Shown here: in pieces, positions 45,066-59,589 of the stretch | How positions within the stretch are numbered: the first letter of the stretch is position 1 | Layout: each line of letters begins with the position of its first letter | Assembly: GCF_036971445.1 (NCBI RefSeq) | Contig: NC_091474.1 | Coordinates: 83,266,001 to 83,330,000 of the forward strand | From: Narcine bancroftii | Lineage: Eukaryota | Direction: 5' to 3' | DNA length: 64,000 nucleotides | Translations under genes and position numbers: made by a program | Notes under the pieces: generated by a model | Databases searched by the model: none | What the model saw: only the letters and a program-made list of their open reading frames with translations | What the model was told of the DNA's origin: nothing

Positions 45066-46990
45066 AGTTTGTTCCCTGCACCCATCAGGCTCCCGAATGA
45101 ACCTCACTACAGTGTTCCCATGCTGCCCCTGTCCTTTACTCATGGATCTTTTCACTGTAGTGCGACACACGGTATCATTGCACTGCAGTATGAATGTTAC
45201 TGTTGACTTGCTATCACGCAATGAGCCCTTTTCATTATTGTACAGGGTATTGTATTATTGACAATAAATCTGAAATTGAGAAGCACCATCAAATCTTTCA
45301 AACAAGACGGGTTGGCACAGTCAGCGTAGGGGTTAGCACAATGCCATTACATTGCCGGTGACAGGGGTTCAAATCTGGTGCTGCCTGCAAGGGGTTTGTA
45401 CATTCTCTCCGTGTCTGCTTGGGTTTCCTCCAAGGCTTACGGGGTTAATTGGCCCCTTGTATTTGGGCGGCATGGGCTGGAAGGGCCTGCTATTGGTACG
45501 GACTAGAGGGGCCGAGATGGCCTGTTTCTGTACTGTAATTGTTATATGGTTGTATTGTGCTGTATCTCCAAATTACATTAAAGTCCACCATGTTACATGC
45601 TCTCGTAACCTTTAAACCTCCTTCTTACACAGTCATGATAGACACTGGAACTGGAGTTAAACAAGATAGCATTTGAGACACTGGGGTCGAGTGCAACACA
45701 CAAAAGTGCAGGAGAAACTCAGCAGGTCACTCAGCATCCATCAGAAGAAATAGGCCTCCAATATTTTGGGTCTACAAATAGCCCCCATTGAGAATGGCCA
45801 ATCTCAGTGATGGCTGGTGAAAATCCTTTCTCCTTCTCCGCAAAGTTCACCAGCTTCAAAAGGTTTCACAGTCAGTGAATGGATGCGATAAATTCAGAAG
45901 ATTGAACATTCAACGCCCCTTCTTTCTCAGTTCTCTCCTCTCCCAAAATCCACTACCCTTCCTCCTCCTGGCTGACTCTCCAACTCATAAGGCCATCAGA
46001 AATAGGAGTGGAATTAAGCCATTCCATCATGGCTGATTTACAATCCCCTTCAACCCTATTCTCGTAACCCTCGATTCTCTTCCTGATCGAGAATGTATCT
46101 GCCTCCACCTTAATAGCTGCACTGACTTGGCCACCATGCCCATCCATGGCAACGGATTCCACAAATTCACCTCCCTCTGGATAAAGACATGCCTCTCTAT
46201 CTCTGTTCTAAAGGGACTCGCTCTCTACAGCTGCTAAATCTATAACTATTCCATAACCATCAAGTATGTGTGAATGATTCACAAATGCTCATGTAAACTT
46301 GTTACAGAAATTTGAAAATGGAAACACAAACACAGTCAAACAAATACTTGTAAACACACCAAACACAAGCAAACGGAGTCAAGTGCAGGCACACGCACAC
46401 ACACCTTCCTTGCCCCCAGTAAAACATTTAAAATACAGTGAAACCCCTGTCATCCGTATTTCATGCAACTGCAGCCTCAAACAACTGGTAAACAAAAATT
46501 GCAGAAATTAATAGGTAAAAAATGTGGATATTTAAAATTGGTGTACCTCACCGATAATTCACGCAAGACGTGATCTCAAGCAACCGGAAAATACACTTAC
46601 ACCAATCCCCATAGATGCCAGATTCCGGGGGCTTTTCTGTAATCTGATTAAATAATAATAAATTCTCGACTCATTTGCAGCTGATGTCCCCCATTCATGC
46701 AAATAGTGTTGGTGGTCGAACCGGATTCAGGGCAATAGGCTGGTCTATGGGGATTGGCCCTGTCCTGCACTGGTCCACGAATCCACTGGTGCAACAAGGC
46801 GAGTTCACACCAGCCGAGGCAGATGAGTGCCTGCATGGGTCATGGAGAGATGCGGCACAAAAATAGACCCTCGCTCCCTGCTGAACATCATCCACTAATC
46901 TGATATTTGTCCTTTTTTCCCCCAATTCTCCATGCATTCACCTCAACTCTGCCAGGTTCCCCAGACGAGGGACAACTTGCAGCAAAAAAT

Positions 46991-47830
46991 TACCGTATAT
47001 GTCGGTGTATACGATGGAATTTCAACATCAAAAATGTCAACCACAAATCAGAGATCGTCTTATACACCAAGTATAAAATCCAAACCTTAATATCTTGTGG
47101 TTTGGAGTGCACCGTATGGCAATGGAGTACAGCTTAAAACACTCACATAACTCTGACAGCCCTGCCATTAAATATTTTTCGACTGAAACTTGCATTTGGG
47201 AAGTTGGATTGATAGTAATGTTATATTCAGACAATGAAAATGTATTCTAAGCCTGTCCAACATAACCTTAAAACACATCAAATGAAGTTAACAGTTGCCA
47301 TTTGCAACAGCGGACGACAGTAAACAAACAGCCAGGGGTAAAAATTACGCTCGACACCATGATTGTTCCTGGAAAAGATCCAATGCCCAAGTGATGTCCC
47401 TAGTGGTTACGTTACAGCAGCTGGGAATGTTTGATGCATATTATGGTCAGTAATTGACAGTATTTTTTCCATTCGTTTAAATAAATTGGTTAAATTTTAA
47501 ATAACCAAGACTGTCTTGCTTAGTCATGTGCTTAACAGTAACACTCCACTGGTCAGTGGGATGGTTGGTGAAGGACAGTAAGCTCTCAGTGGTAAGTTCC
47601 AGACTTGGATACTCCTATAGCTCAAAACCTACATTTTAAGTGGAAATTCTAGGAGTTTGTTTACATTCGTTATCTTAGTTTGTTTACACGTTTTATGATT
47701 TTTTTTGCACTCCCAATAAGTGGTAATTCTGATCAGGAAAAAGGAATCTCAGGGTTGCATGTGATGTCATGTATGTATCCTGACAATAAATCTGATACAC
47801 CCAGTCGTTCTTTCCGGTGACATGTACGGT
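46991..47830. mobile_element. pogo/Tc2-like non-autonomous transposon with an internal Rex1/Babar tail (about 47655-47795)
   Basis: TACCGTATATGTCGGTG ... CCGGTGACATGTACGGTA imperfect TIRs. Confidence 0.55.
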
Positions 47831-49219
47831 AAACTATAGTATACAACTGGCCCACGAGCAGGTTATGATCACATTTCTCTGGAGGCTTGTAGTGCACAAA
47901 TTCTCTGCATCAATACAACTGCTACCACGTTTCAAACTGTCATGTTGATGCAGGTCTTCTGACAGCACGTGTGTTGTAGTCGTGCAATCAGCCATCTGAA
48001 CAGGGGTTCGAGTCAGCAGTCTGCTGAGCCACAGATGGACTATGAAGCACAGAGACTTCCTCTTCCTCTTTGACACTGTGGTCGACAGTGAAGGAGTGAG
48101 TTGTGGGTGCAGGGAAATATGGGCCTATGAATGGACTGCAAAGCGACCACAGTGCATTGCATTCATTTATATTGAGAAGCATTCTGTTAATTAAAGGCTT
48201 CGTTTGTGTGCTTTACATACTTGAAGAGCTGCAGCAAGCAAGAGTTTCAGTGCATCTGTGTGTGGCAATAAACTTTCTTTGTCCCCGTGATCCATTTAAG
48301 AAAGATCAATGGCAAATTAACACCTGAAGGTAGTCTGACAAAACTGTTAAGCCAGCAGAAAGGATGCTTTCTTTCATTGGTTGAAGCACAGAATAAAGGA
48401 TAGATTCAAGATTTATTGTCATGTCATAAAGACAGTGCAATACTCCATGGAATCTGTTTTCGTCTGCTGTAAGGCGGAGAGATTTACAGTCAGAGAAAAA
48501 GAAGCAGAAGCGTCACAGAGTGTCCGCAGAGTCGGCTCCAGCACTGACGCTGCCCCCGCAGCCACACATAATCCAGTCTAAACCATCAGCTGCCCAAGCT
48601 CCCAATTCTTCGGCTCGATCAGGAAGCCTTCAGCACCCTCGGCACCTCTCGAATCCTGGTCCCAATACCTGGTACCCCTCCAGCTGTCCACTGCCACGTG
48701 TGAATCCCTCAACTGCCGTCACGGTTTGGTCAGAGCTGATGAAATGTGTGGAAATCAGAAAGCATCTCGAAGGAGAACACCAAGCATGGTTGCTGGAACC
48801 GGAGAATTAAATTTATGAGCATAAACTGACATGGCTGGGGGGCTTTGTTTGGAGCAGACTAGGCAGATTTGAATTGAATCGCTTATCACTTCTACTGAGA
48901 TACAGTGAGAAGCTTTGTTTTAGGTGCTATCCAGGCAAGTCAACCCATTCTTAAGTACAGCAGGTTGTGCAAAAAATAAGCAAAGTTCAAGGCAGAACAT
49001 TACAGGAAGTCAAAGTCCTCAAGATACAGCATTACAGAGACAACAAGTGGTACGGAGGAGAATACTGTGCCAGGGTCTTATCTTTTACCAATGAGAGGTC
49101 CTGATAGTTGCAGCAAATAAACTGTCCTTTGATCAAGAATCATGGTGCATTAATCAAAGTGTGCTTAAGAGGGTCAAATAGGAATGGAACACTGTTTGAA
49201 GATGGAATGAATTGTGAAT

Positions 49220-49915
49220 TTTAAATTCAAATTTTAAATTAAGTTTAGACATACTGCCCTTTCGGCCCATAAGCTCGTGCCGCCAAATTACCCCCCAATG
49301 AACCTACAACCCCCAGTACATTTTTGAAAGGTGGGAGGAAACCGGAGCACCCGGAGGAAACCCCACGCAGGCACGGGGAGAGCGTACAAACTCCGTACAG
49401 ATTCTAACCTGGCACTGTAAACAGAGTTGCGCTAGTTGCTACACAAACTGTGTTGCCCCGGTAGCAAGATTAACGGGGTTGGGGGATGTGTGGTTTGGTT
49501 AAATGTTTCCACATACAGGCAAGAATTCTGAATGTCAGTGTCTAAAAGATCAGAGAATAATAATGTTCTTTTCACATTGAGAAAAGCATCTGACGTTTGA
49601 AGAAGTGTAATTGAAAAGGAACCAGATTAAGAGCTGGGAAGGAGGATTGAACTTTGTTGAGGTTGAACACAATGGATCAAAGAGCCATGTTAAGGCAGCA
49701 GTTAAGGCAACACCTTGACAGTGCCAGCAATTGGGATTGTGGTTCGAATTCCACGTTGTCTATAAGGAGTTTGTACCTTCTCCCTGCGTCTGGATGCATT
49801 TTGTCCAGGTGATCAGGTTTCCTCCTTCCCTTCAAAAAGTATCGGGGAGGGTGAATTGGGTGTAATTGGGGAGCACGGGCCCGAATGGGCCTGTTATGTG
49901 CGGTATGTCTAAAAA
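49220..49915. mobile_element. Two HE1-like SINEs in opposite orientation (about 49220-49455 minus, 49690-49915 plus)
   Basis: SINE body in each orientation; B-box ggttcgaattcc at 49741. Confidence 0.7.
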
Positions 49916-50349
49916 ATTATTTTCAATTCTATGTTCCGTAACTCATTACGGTCCCTGTTGAATCAGAATTAATTGCTCCTAATTAGAATGAATAACGGTG
50001 CAGACGTGCCAAGGTCAAAAATGCTCAACTCACTTGTGAAACATAAATGTTTCAGTCCCTGGCTTGTTGGAACATCCTGACAAGATTCTGGAACGAATCC
50101 CCATGACCAAAACGTCACAGGATTTACCACAGGAATAGGCAAAAGCAGAAATGTGACCACAGACTGAAACTCCAAATTCTGACAGGAACTCAGTGTTGAC
50201 TCATTCCCGAGAACTTCTGGCTGCAGTCTCATCACCAGCCACAAGAGTGAGCTTTTGCTTGATTTTTTTTATATATACAACTAATGTTTTCTCTTTTGAA
50301 AACTCAAAGATTGATCAGTAGAATTCTGGATTCTAGGCCATAAAGATAT

Positions 50350-51040
50350 TATCAGTACAAATTGTAAACAACATCTCCTCCTCACTAATCATCAACACAG
50401 GTGCACTTCAATGATGTGAGCTTAGCCCACTGCTCTACTCATTACACACCTATGACTGTGTGGCCTGGAACAATTCCAAACCCATCGATAAATTTGCCAA
50501 TGACAATTTTCAGAATGACAAATAGCAATGAGGAAATGTACAGGAGGGAGATAGAAGAGCTCGTTGAGTGGTGTCACACTAACAACCTTGCACTAAATGT
50601 TAGCAGAGCCAAGGAGGTGATTGTGGACTTCAGGAGGAAGTCAGGGGAACACGACCCACTCCTTATCGAGGGTCAAGCTCTTCAAATTCCTGGGTGTCAA
50701 CATCTCCGAGGATCCATCCTGGAGCTTCCATGTCAATGCAACCATGAAGAAGGCTCGACAGTGGCTATACTTTGTGATGTGTTTTGTGGAGATTTGCTAC
50801 ATCACCAAAGATGCTTGAAAACCTCTACAGATGCACCGTGGAGAGCATTCTGTCTGATTACATCACTGTCTGGTTATATTATGTCTGGTTACATCACTGT
50901 CTAGTACAGAGGTGCCAATGCTCAGGACAAGAAAAATCTCCAGAGGGTTGTTAATTCGGCCTGCGACATCACGGGAACCAGACTACTCCATTGAGGACAT
51001 CGACAAAAAAAGGTGTCTTAAAAAAGCAACCTCTATCCAG
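50350..51040 (+). mobile_element. Rex1/Babar LINE RT fragment
   Basis: YRREIEELVEWCHTNNLALNVSRAKEVIVDFRRK; FKFLGVNISEDPSW. Confidence 0.8.
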
Positions 51041-53579
51041 GTTTTGAGCTGGGGGGAGGGAGAGCACATCAAAAAGGTGCCGCAACCCCAGCCGTACACC
51101 TGTATCTGCGCACACAAGGGTTTTGCAACCAGAGCACAAAGCCTCCATGCCTCCTTCTCTCTCCAACCTCTCCTCTCCCTCCCCACCACTGCCTGCCTCT
51201 CTTCTTCCTTCCTCTCCCTCCCTCCTCTCCATCTCTCTCTTCTCACTTCCCTCCCCTTCCCTGAAAGAAACAATGAATGACTTCCTTCTCACCTCTCCCC
51301 ATTCCTTAGAGCTGGTGAGCAACCATTGACGTTCCTGTAGATGGAAGTTGAACTGATGGAGGAAACGTGGGGAGACAATCTGTACAGAGCAAGATCCCAC
51401 AAAAGAAAATGACCACACACTTGTGTATTTATTACATTGGTCACATGAAGCCCTGGCATCATTTTACATTGATCTATCATACAGGGCAAAGCAATCTTTC
51501 TGCAGAAGTGTTTGGGATGATTCCTTGAGCCTGAAGTCGAACGGCAAGGTAACAAATATCCTTGGCCTGTGACCGTGCGCCCACACCAGACTCCATTGTG
51601 CATGTGCTATAGGCTGAGGGGACACACAGGAGAGTGTTCGGAGTAGGGCGACGGGAGCTCTGGTGCAGGCTGAGAGGAGGGTTCAGAGTTGGGCATCAGG
51701 AGCTCCAGTCACCAGAGCTCCCGATGCCCAAATCCAACTCCAAATCCTCCCTCAGCCAACCTGAACTGTGGGGCACAATTTGCAATTTAGTTTTGAAATA
51801 AAACAAACATTTTACTCACAGCTCTCACCTCTCGGGCTCTCTGATTTACTATTCAAACATAAATCTTGAATTCTTTTTGCACCTTGTGTTCGCGCCAATT
51901 CACGCATGCCATGATTCTGAGCAACCATGGATTCACCTCCAGCAGCACAGAGTCCAGTTCAAACCATCGGCGACCCAAGCTCCAGATCCAAATTTCCGAT
52001 GGGATCAGGAAGCCTTCAGTTTCCGAGGTCTTTCGGGGAGCCCTTCTTGCCCTCAGCCTCCTCTCGAATCCCAGATCTGAATACGGCCCCATGAGCTAGT
52101 CTCCAGCAGCCCCGTAGACTGTGCGGGACCTACAGCCGCTAATCCCTTCGCTCAGCAGGTCAGGCAACATCTGCGGAGAGGGAAACAGGGTTTCAACGAC
52201 TCAGGTCCAAGACCCCTCCTCAGAACCCTTTCATATAACGATCCCACGACCTTCTGAAGAAGAGCTGGTGAGTTTTCTTGGAGACTGCAGATGCCGAAAG
52301 CTGAACACAATCGGCAGGAGGAACTGAGCAGCATCAGCAGGAGATTAAAAACAAAAAGTTGACGCTTCGAGCAGAAACCCTTTATCAAGAAAGCGGGAAA
52401 GTCATTGTCTGCTGAGCTTCAAAGAGGGAGGGATCTCAAAAAAGGGGTCCAGCTGGAATCATCGACCAATCTTTTTCTCCCACTGCTGCCTCTAGCCCAA
52501 TGTGTTCAGGTGAATTTTTACCTGATTGCCAGCGAGCATCCATTCAGAAAACCTCTGGTCATTGTCATGCTGCCGCTGATTGGCTGTCAAAGTTACAACA
52601 ATGTATTTCAATGGTGGTAAGAGCTGTGCTGGGGATCTGAAAGGGACAGGTTTTCCTCCCTGAAAACATTTGTACATGGAACAAACTTCATCACCTTGAC
52701 GAGAAAACATCTCAAAATTTTCCACAAGCAGAGCCGTTGAAACCTGCCTGGGCGACCAACTTTGTCGAAACAGCTCCCAAAGATAGCGGTGCTGAAAGCA
52801 CTCTGCCATTCGAGATTTGGAATTGCAGCAAGCGCTGACGTAGGAGAAGGCCTTTTGGCCCATTGTGTCCATGCTGGGAGACAGCCATTCTGACGAGTCC
52901 AACCTCTGAGTTCTCCTTCTGCTGCTGCCTCTGCCCTGGTCTTGGCAGTGAACCCTCAGCCCTCCATGCTTCAGTCCATTTTTGCCATTACAGCACCAGC
53001 ACCAGCGCTGACTGTCAGGAGTTAGTGTCCACCTGGGTTTCCTCCAGGTGCTCCAGATTCCTCCCACCCTCCAAAATCGTGCCAGGTTTTCAGGTTAATC
53101 GGTCACATGGGTGTATTTGAGTGGCAGGAGCTCAAGGGCCAGAAGGGCTCTATCTCTAAATTAAAATTAAAGCTAAAATAGATCAAAAGAGCCATCTCAC
53201 CCTGGTCACACTCTCTTCAGCCCCACCCAGGAGGTACAAGATTCACCAGTACAAGAGGCACCCCCAGATTCAAAGACAGTTTCTTTCCTGCTGTGATCAG
53301 ACTCCTGGATGACCCTCACACAAGTAATGTTGTCTTTGCTCATCTCTCTCCGTAACTTTGCCCTTTTGCCCTTCATCTTAACCCTTGTACTATGTCCAAG
53401 ATGTCGACTAGTCTGCTCGCAGATCAAGCTCTTTCGCTGCATGTGACGTCCACCATGTGACTGGCTCCCAGCAGCCTCCCTGGTCCAGGGGCAATCAGAA
53501 ATGCCTGATAAATGCTGGCACTGCCAGTCCTACTCACATGCTGTGGATTCATTGATTAAAAAGCCTGTGAATGATCACA

Positions 53580-53912
53580 TGATCTCAAGATAGAGGAGCA
53601 GAAGCCCATTGTCTACTCCTCCATTCTAATCATGAGCTGATCCATCCTCCCACTCAACCCCACTCCCCAGCTCTCTCCCCATAACCCTTGATGCCCTGAC
53701 TCATTAATTACCTGCCAATCGCTGCCTTAAACACACCCAAGGACCTTGCTTCCACAGCTGCCTGAAACAACAATCTCAGGGCCACCTGGCTAAAGAAATG
53801 TTTCCGTGCCTCTGTTTTAATTTGACGTCCTGTTATCCTGAAGTTGTGCCCTCTTGTCCGAGACTCCCCTACCAGGGGAAACATCCTTGCCACATCAACT
53901 TTGTCCAGGCCT
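53580..53912 (-). mobile_element. CR1 3' fragment
   Basis: LKGLDKVDVARMFPLVGESRTRGHNFRITGR...RKHFFSQ...AVEARSLGVFK. Confidence 0.8.
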
Positions 53913-54559
53913 TTCAACAGGCAAAGTCCCTCTTCGAGGTTCCCCAACCTCACCAAGGTCGTGGGAAATGGGGATGGAGCAGATTGCTTTGATCCATGGC
54001 ATCCATTCCAGAGATGGCCTGGTGTGACCACTTTATATCAGAGGGTTGTGGTCAAACCGGGTTGGTAGTGGAAAGATTGATTGTGAAATTGGGCAGTGAC
54101 CTCAATGGACTTCACATGGTCAATTGTCCTGATGAGATGCCTGATTCACTTAACGCACACAGATGCTTGTACATGTGCAAACATACATGCATGCTCAAAA
54201 GAACCTACACATATGCACACATTCATGGACACACACACATAAATAGAAACACATGCACATTCAGGAGGTGCGCCGGGAAGTGCAGACACAGGCCTTTCAC
54301 CCCTTCATATCCATGCTGAGCATCAAGGTAAATCTTTGCTCATCCCAATGACCAGCACAGTGATGGTCTCACTTCAGAGCAGCCAATACTGATCAGTGGA
54401 TGGCTGCTTCTGCTTTTGGACATTCCAGAGGATTAATGGCCTCATTCATGATTTAAATGGCAGGAGACCACAGCACTGTCACCATTGAAGGGAGCACAGA
54501 GGTGGCTGAGTGGGTGCAGTGTGACAACAGAAGGCATGCACGTGGACAACACATCAGAC

Positions 54560-54770
54560 TTAATGTATGCACATGTACACACTTGCAAATGCACACATGC
54601 ACACGCGTGCACTTAATGCACGCACACACATGCAAGCACTTAATACAGACACAGACACAAACACATGCAAGCACTTAATACACATGCATGCACACACACT
54701 CAACGTACACAGACATTTGGACAGGTGCAAACATACACACAAAAATACACACAAAAACACAACGCACACA
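54560..54770. repeat. Degenerate (CA/TG)-rich low-complexity repeat
   Basis: cacacatgca-type reiterations; similar tract at 54150-54260. Confidence 0.75.
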
Positions 54771-55114
54771 AGCAGAGCCAGATTAAGGTCATGTGGGTCC
54801 TGTAGCATAAATTTTAAAGGGCCCCTAAATAGTGCCGGCTGGGGCATGTGCAATGAGGGGGAAGTGTCACCTACCTTCCCCGCCCCCCCCCCACCCAACT
54901 AGAGAGTTTCTGATGCTGACCCTGCATGTCCATTTTGGTAACTTTGAAATAGACTTAATTATTCTTTACAAAATGATGCTAACTTTCTCAGATCACTATA
55001 TATTCAGTGGTTACCTGCACATACCACCTATGGCCCTCACTTCAACACTGAATTTGTAAGACTGAACTTTGAAGTAACTTTCTCGATTTTGGCCAGAACT
55101 GTAATGGTTTGGGT

Positions 55115-55117
<3 letters not shown>

Positions 55118-55149
<32 letters not shown>
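55118..55149. repeat. (AC)n microsatellite
   Basis: About 16 perfect AC units. Confidence 0.95.
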
Positions 55150-55152
<3 letters not shown>

Positions 55153-55730
55153 ACACCTGCGCATAGTTGGGGATAGATTTAGTGTTAGGGATAGTTTAAA
55201 CGTTAAGTCAATAGTTTAAAAGTTAGAAATAAAATCAGTATTTTAAAAATTAAACACTGTCTGCTTCATTGTCTATTGCAGCTCGCAATGCATGATTTGT
55301 AACCACACGTACGCACGTAGCGGGGCAGTTTCTCCTGCGCAGAGCGCCTTTGATGTAGACACAAAAATGTTGCCTCTGTGGTTTTCAGAATGCCAAGTTT
55401 GAGCAGGGATTGAACATGGGCTGGGGTCGCCCTCCACTGTTGAAGATCTGTAACTGCATCCTCATGCCTCCTGGGGTCAGAATTGGACTTTCCAACTCTC
55501 CTCCACTGGAACAGTTTATTTCCAAAAAACACACCACTGGAGTAACTGATTCCAGCATCTACACTCTTTTCTAGGTCTCCATGGTAAATTATTGATCTTA
55601 ATGAATTCCTGGCATTTTAAAGTATTGTTAATTACATTACTTTTGTTCAGGAAATTATTTAAAAATGTTTAAATCTATTTGAGAGATTATTACACTTATG
55701 GGACCCTCAAAAGCTCTTCAATAAAAACAA

Positions 55731-55882
55731 GGGCTGGTATTTCAATCTCTGCGAACTCCAGGGGCTGGGGGATTTGATCTGAAAACTCCAGGGGTTGGGG
55801 GATTTGATCTGTGAGCTCCAGGGCCTGGGAGGGATTTGATCTGTAAACTCCAGGGGCTGGGGGATTTGATCTGCCAACTCCA
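55731..55882. repeat. 30-bp minisatellite array 1 (5 units, first degenerate)
   Basis: ggggctgggggatttgatctgNNaactcca at 55761, 55791, 55821 (32-bp variant) and 55853. Confidence 0.92.
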
Positions 55883-56790
55883 GATGTAATAATCATGCCA
55901 TCTGTGAAGGTACAAAAATGCACAGCAGAACCACAAAATACAAGACACAGATTTTATTCAAATCACACCAGCGGGAATGAGTATTATTAATATCAGGTAG
56001 ACAGTGTTACCCTGGTTAATACCAGAATCTCATTCGAAGGATCAAGTGAATCAGTACAATACTTAAGGCATATTCTTGAATACTAATTTGATAGGCGTCA
56101 CTTGTTACAGGCTCAGATTTTACCTCTTCTAAAGACAGGGAAATGACTGGACATCAATCATTTTATTCATATGCACAAGTCAGAATTAAAAGATATCCTT
56201 CTTGCATACAAAATTACCAGTAGCCTGGAAGAGTTGCTCTCAATATTCATTGAGTGACATCCATTCTCTGTCGGCCTGATACCTGGTCTTTAATTATCAT
56301 ATGGAAATGGCTCGTTTCACAATAATATTAAACCATCAGATGAACAATAAAGAGCGAAATTTCTGGACAGAAACAATATTAAGTCAGGACTGGGCTGGCT
56401 TCGTTAGAGTCACTGGGTGCATTCTACAGCCTTTAACAATTCAAATCGGGTCTGACAGGTTTTGAAACCTGGACAGCTGTGTCTGCACAGGAATCATGTT
56501 GACAGTGTGACTGAATGGAACAAGCCATTTAGCATGAGTGTGTTATAAGCTATCGTAGCATTTATGAGGCTACCTGAATGATCTTTGCACAGGAATCCAG
56601 GAAATGGCTGAAGTAGTTAATTCAAGAGCTTTGCAGAAGCAAATGAAGGATGTCAATTGTCTTGTCTGGAATGTGTCTTCACTCTGGCAACCATGGGTAT
56701 TTCTTTGGCCTCAGCTCCAAGCTGGTGACTATCATGTTTTTTCTCATAACAGTAATGTTTGGATGTCATAAAAATGCAAACTTTAACACA

Positions 56791-56941
56791 GGGGCTGGGG
56801 GATTTGATCTGCCAACTCCAGGGGCTGGGGGATTTGATCTGCCAACTCCAGGGGCTGGGGGATTTGATCTGCCAACTCCAGGGGCTGGGGGATTTGATCT
56901 ACCATCTCCAGGGACTGGAAACATTCAATTTGACCATTCCA
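56791..56941. repeat. 30-bp minisatellite array 2 (5 units, last degenerate)
   Basis: ggggctgggggatttgatctgccaactcca is exact at 56791, 56821 and 56851, with a variant at 56881. Confidence 0.95.
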
Positions 56942-58284
56942 GGGGAAGAGAGGGTTGGCTCTTTGGTCTCAGCCCATGTCAGGAGAATACTGACTCCAGC
57001 CATGAGGAGCTCAGGTTATGGATCGCACCCTGGACAATCCGTCCCATTGGGGGCATGGACAGGGTGTCATGTGGACACTTACCTATATATTCCTGCAGCA
57101 GTCTGTTCTTGCCCAGAGAGCTTGTGGTTGCCATGGGAATGGTGCTACCAATAAGGCAAACCCCAATTGCAGTGATAGAGTGTTATCCTGACCATTAGAG
57201 GGAGTCAGAGACTAGTTTGTTGCAGCTCAGTTAGATTCAAGATGGATTCCTCCACATGGTCATGAATGAGTTCTTTATCTAATATAATTGTTTTAAAAGA
57301 ACCCAAGTTTCTTTATTACAATAAAAGAAACATCACACCTATCATATAACTTGCTGGAGAACATTAACCTCGTGGCATCTCTTTCACGGAAGAGCCAGTG
57401 TCATGTCCAGTAACAATATGGAGTCAAAGATTTCAACAGCTTGGAAACAACATCCAAGCCCTCCGAGCTTGTCCCATTATCCTGCTTTCAGCCATTATCG
57501 CTCTAAACCTCTCCTGTCCTGTTGAAATGTCCTTTGATTGGTACAATTGTCCCCACCTGTACCATTTCCCCAGCAGCTCATTCCACATACCCATGTGTGG
57601 AGAAGATGCCCCTCAGTACCCTATCAAACCTTTCCGCTTTCACCTTAACCCTGATGCCCTTACTCTGGGGAAAAAGATGACAATTTTTTAACATAATTTA
57701 CCCTTACGATTTAATAAACGTCTGTAAGGTTCCCTGCACTTTCGGGAGGAACAACTCCAACTGATCCAGCCCCTACCTACTGTATAAACTTGTGTAAAAG
57801 TCAATAACGTGTAAATGTCCAGTCATTTCCCCCCATTTTTGGCCCCGGCCGGCCGCCCTCTGGAACTCATGTCGCCTCGACCATGAACACTCACTTCAAC
57901 TCCAGCCGCCCTCACATCGAAGCTCCTGATGCCTCGAACGTGGACTTACCACCCAGACTCAGTAGGCCTTCCCCCATCAGAGATCCCAATGTCTCAAACA
58001 AAGCAGTCACTCACCGGGGTCAAAAGCAGCTTCCCTGTAAAATTAACGTTAAAAAATTGTCTTAAAAATTCAACATTTATACAAGTAAATCTTGCAGAAA
58101 AGTGGTTTATTGCCTTTATAGCCACAAAAAATCTATTTAGTGATTTCAGTTTTGCAAACTATGTGTTATTGATTTATAGAGTGACCAGTGAACTGAGACC
58201 AAGGTTATTTTAAATCTTAAACAGGGATTAACTGGAAGATTCAAGTATTGACAGAAAATGAGAAAATAAACTGGAAATCTGACA

Positions 58285-58530
58285 TGGTGATACGGTTGGC
58301 ATAGCGATGGTTAGCACAATGCCTTTACAGCGCCAGTGATCGGGGCCCAGGTTCAAATTCCACGCTGTTTTTAAGGAGTTTGTAAGTTCTCCCCACGTCT
58401 GTGTTGGTTTTCCCCAGGAGCTCCAGTCTTCTCCCACCATTCACAATATACCAGAGATCGTAGGTTAATTGGGTGTAATTGGGCAGCACGGTCCTGTGGG
58501 CCGAAAGGGCCTGTTACCGTGCTGTATGGA
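58285..58530 (+). mobile_element. HE1-like tRNA SINE
   Basis: A-box-like tggcatagcgatgg, B-box ggttcaaattcc and SINE body. Confidence 0.78.
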
Positions 58531-58589
58531 AACATTCGGTGGGTCAGCCAGCTTCCGTGGATCCTTCATTGGATCTGGGAATACAGATA

Positions 58590-59238
58590 CATAATTCTCT
58601 GAAAGTGGTGTCACAGGTGGATAGGGCTGGAAAGAGCTTTTGGCATATTGGTTCATAAATCAAAGTATCGAGTTTTGGAGTTGGGATGTTATGGTCAAGT
58701 TGTATAGGACATTAGTGAAGCCAAATTTGGAGTGTTTTGTGAAGTTTTGGTCATCTAACTACAGGAAAGTTATCAATAAGACTGAAATAGTCCAGAGACG
58801 TTTTACTCAGAGGTTGCCTGGACCTCTGGAACAAAATTATAGGGTAAAGTTAGGACTTTATTCCCTGGAGCGTGGAAGAACGAGGGGAGATTTGATAAAG
58901 GAATTTAAAATTATGAGGGGTCTCAACAGAGTAAATGACGGTAGATTTTTACCACCGAGGGTCGCTGAGATACAAACATGGGTTAAGGGTGAAAGGGGAA
59001 AAGTTTTGTGGGAACGTGAGGGGGAACTTCACACAGAGTGTGGAACGAGCTGCCATCTGAAGTGGTGAATGTAGGCTCTGTTTTAAAATTTAAGAAGAAT
59101 TCAGATAGAGTCATGGATGGGAGAGGTATGGAGGGCTACAGACTGGGTGCAAGTCAGAGGGACGAGGCAGAAAAATGGTTCGGCTCAGACTAGAAGGGCT
59201 GAAGGGCTGAACCAGTGCTGTAATGTTCTATTGTTCTT
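58590..59238 (+). mobile_element. CR1 3' fragment
   Basis: LYRTLVKPNLECFVKFWSSNYRK...RGDLIKEFKIMRG. Confidence 0.85.
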
Positions 59239-59589
59239 TGAGGGACACAGATAAGGTGGGTCTTTTTTTCTGCAATACAGGAGAGACGTAAACCAGAGAA
59301 CCTCAATTTAAGGTGAGAGGGGAAAGTTTTAAGAAGGTATTGGTAACAAGCTGCCAGAGGAAGTGGTTGAAGCAGGTACAATCATCTCATTGAAAAGACA
59401 TTTGAATGCACAGATGGAAGGAAAAGGATGAGGGCAAAGCGCAGGAAAATGGGGCTAGCTTGGTTGATGAGGACAAGTCGGGCCTTAGGTCTTGTTTCCG
59501 TCTGTGGATCAAAATGAGGCAGATTAGATCAGATCAAGTTTCTTTGTGTAAAATGTGGCTAATTATTGGACTGGAACATGCCCAGCGAA

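Noticed and set aside
55731-56941. CRISPR-like array
   Set aside because: Eukaryotic context; units are head-to-tail with no unique spacers.
56650-57198. 182-aa ORF with GAGGFDLPTP repeats as a real protein
   Set aside because: The open frame is explained by a stop-free 30-bp minisatellite; flanking residues show no recognisable domain and no convincing exon structure.
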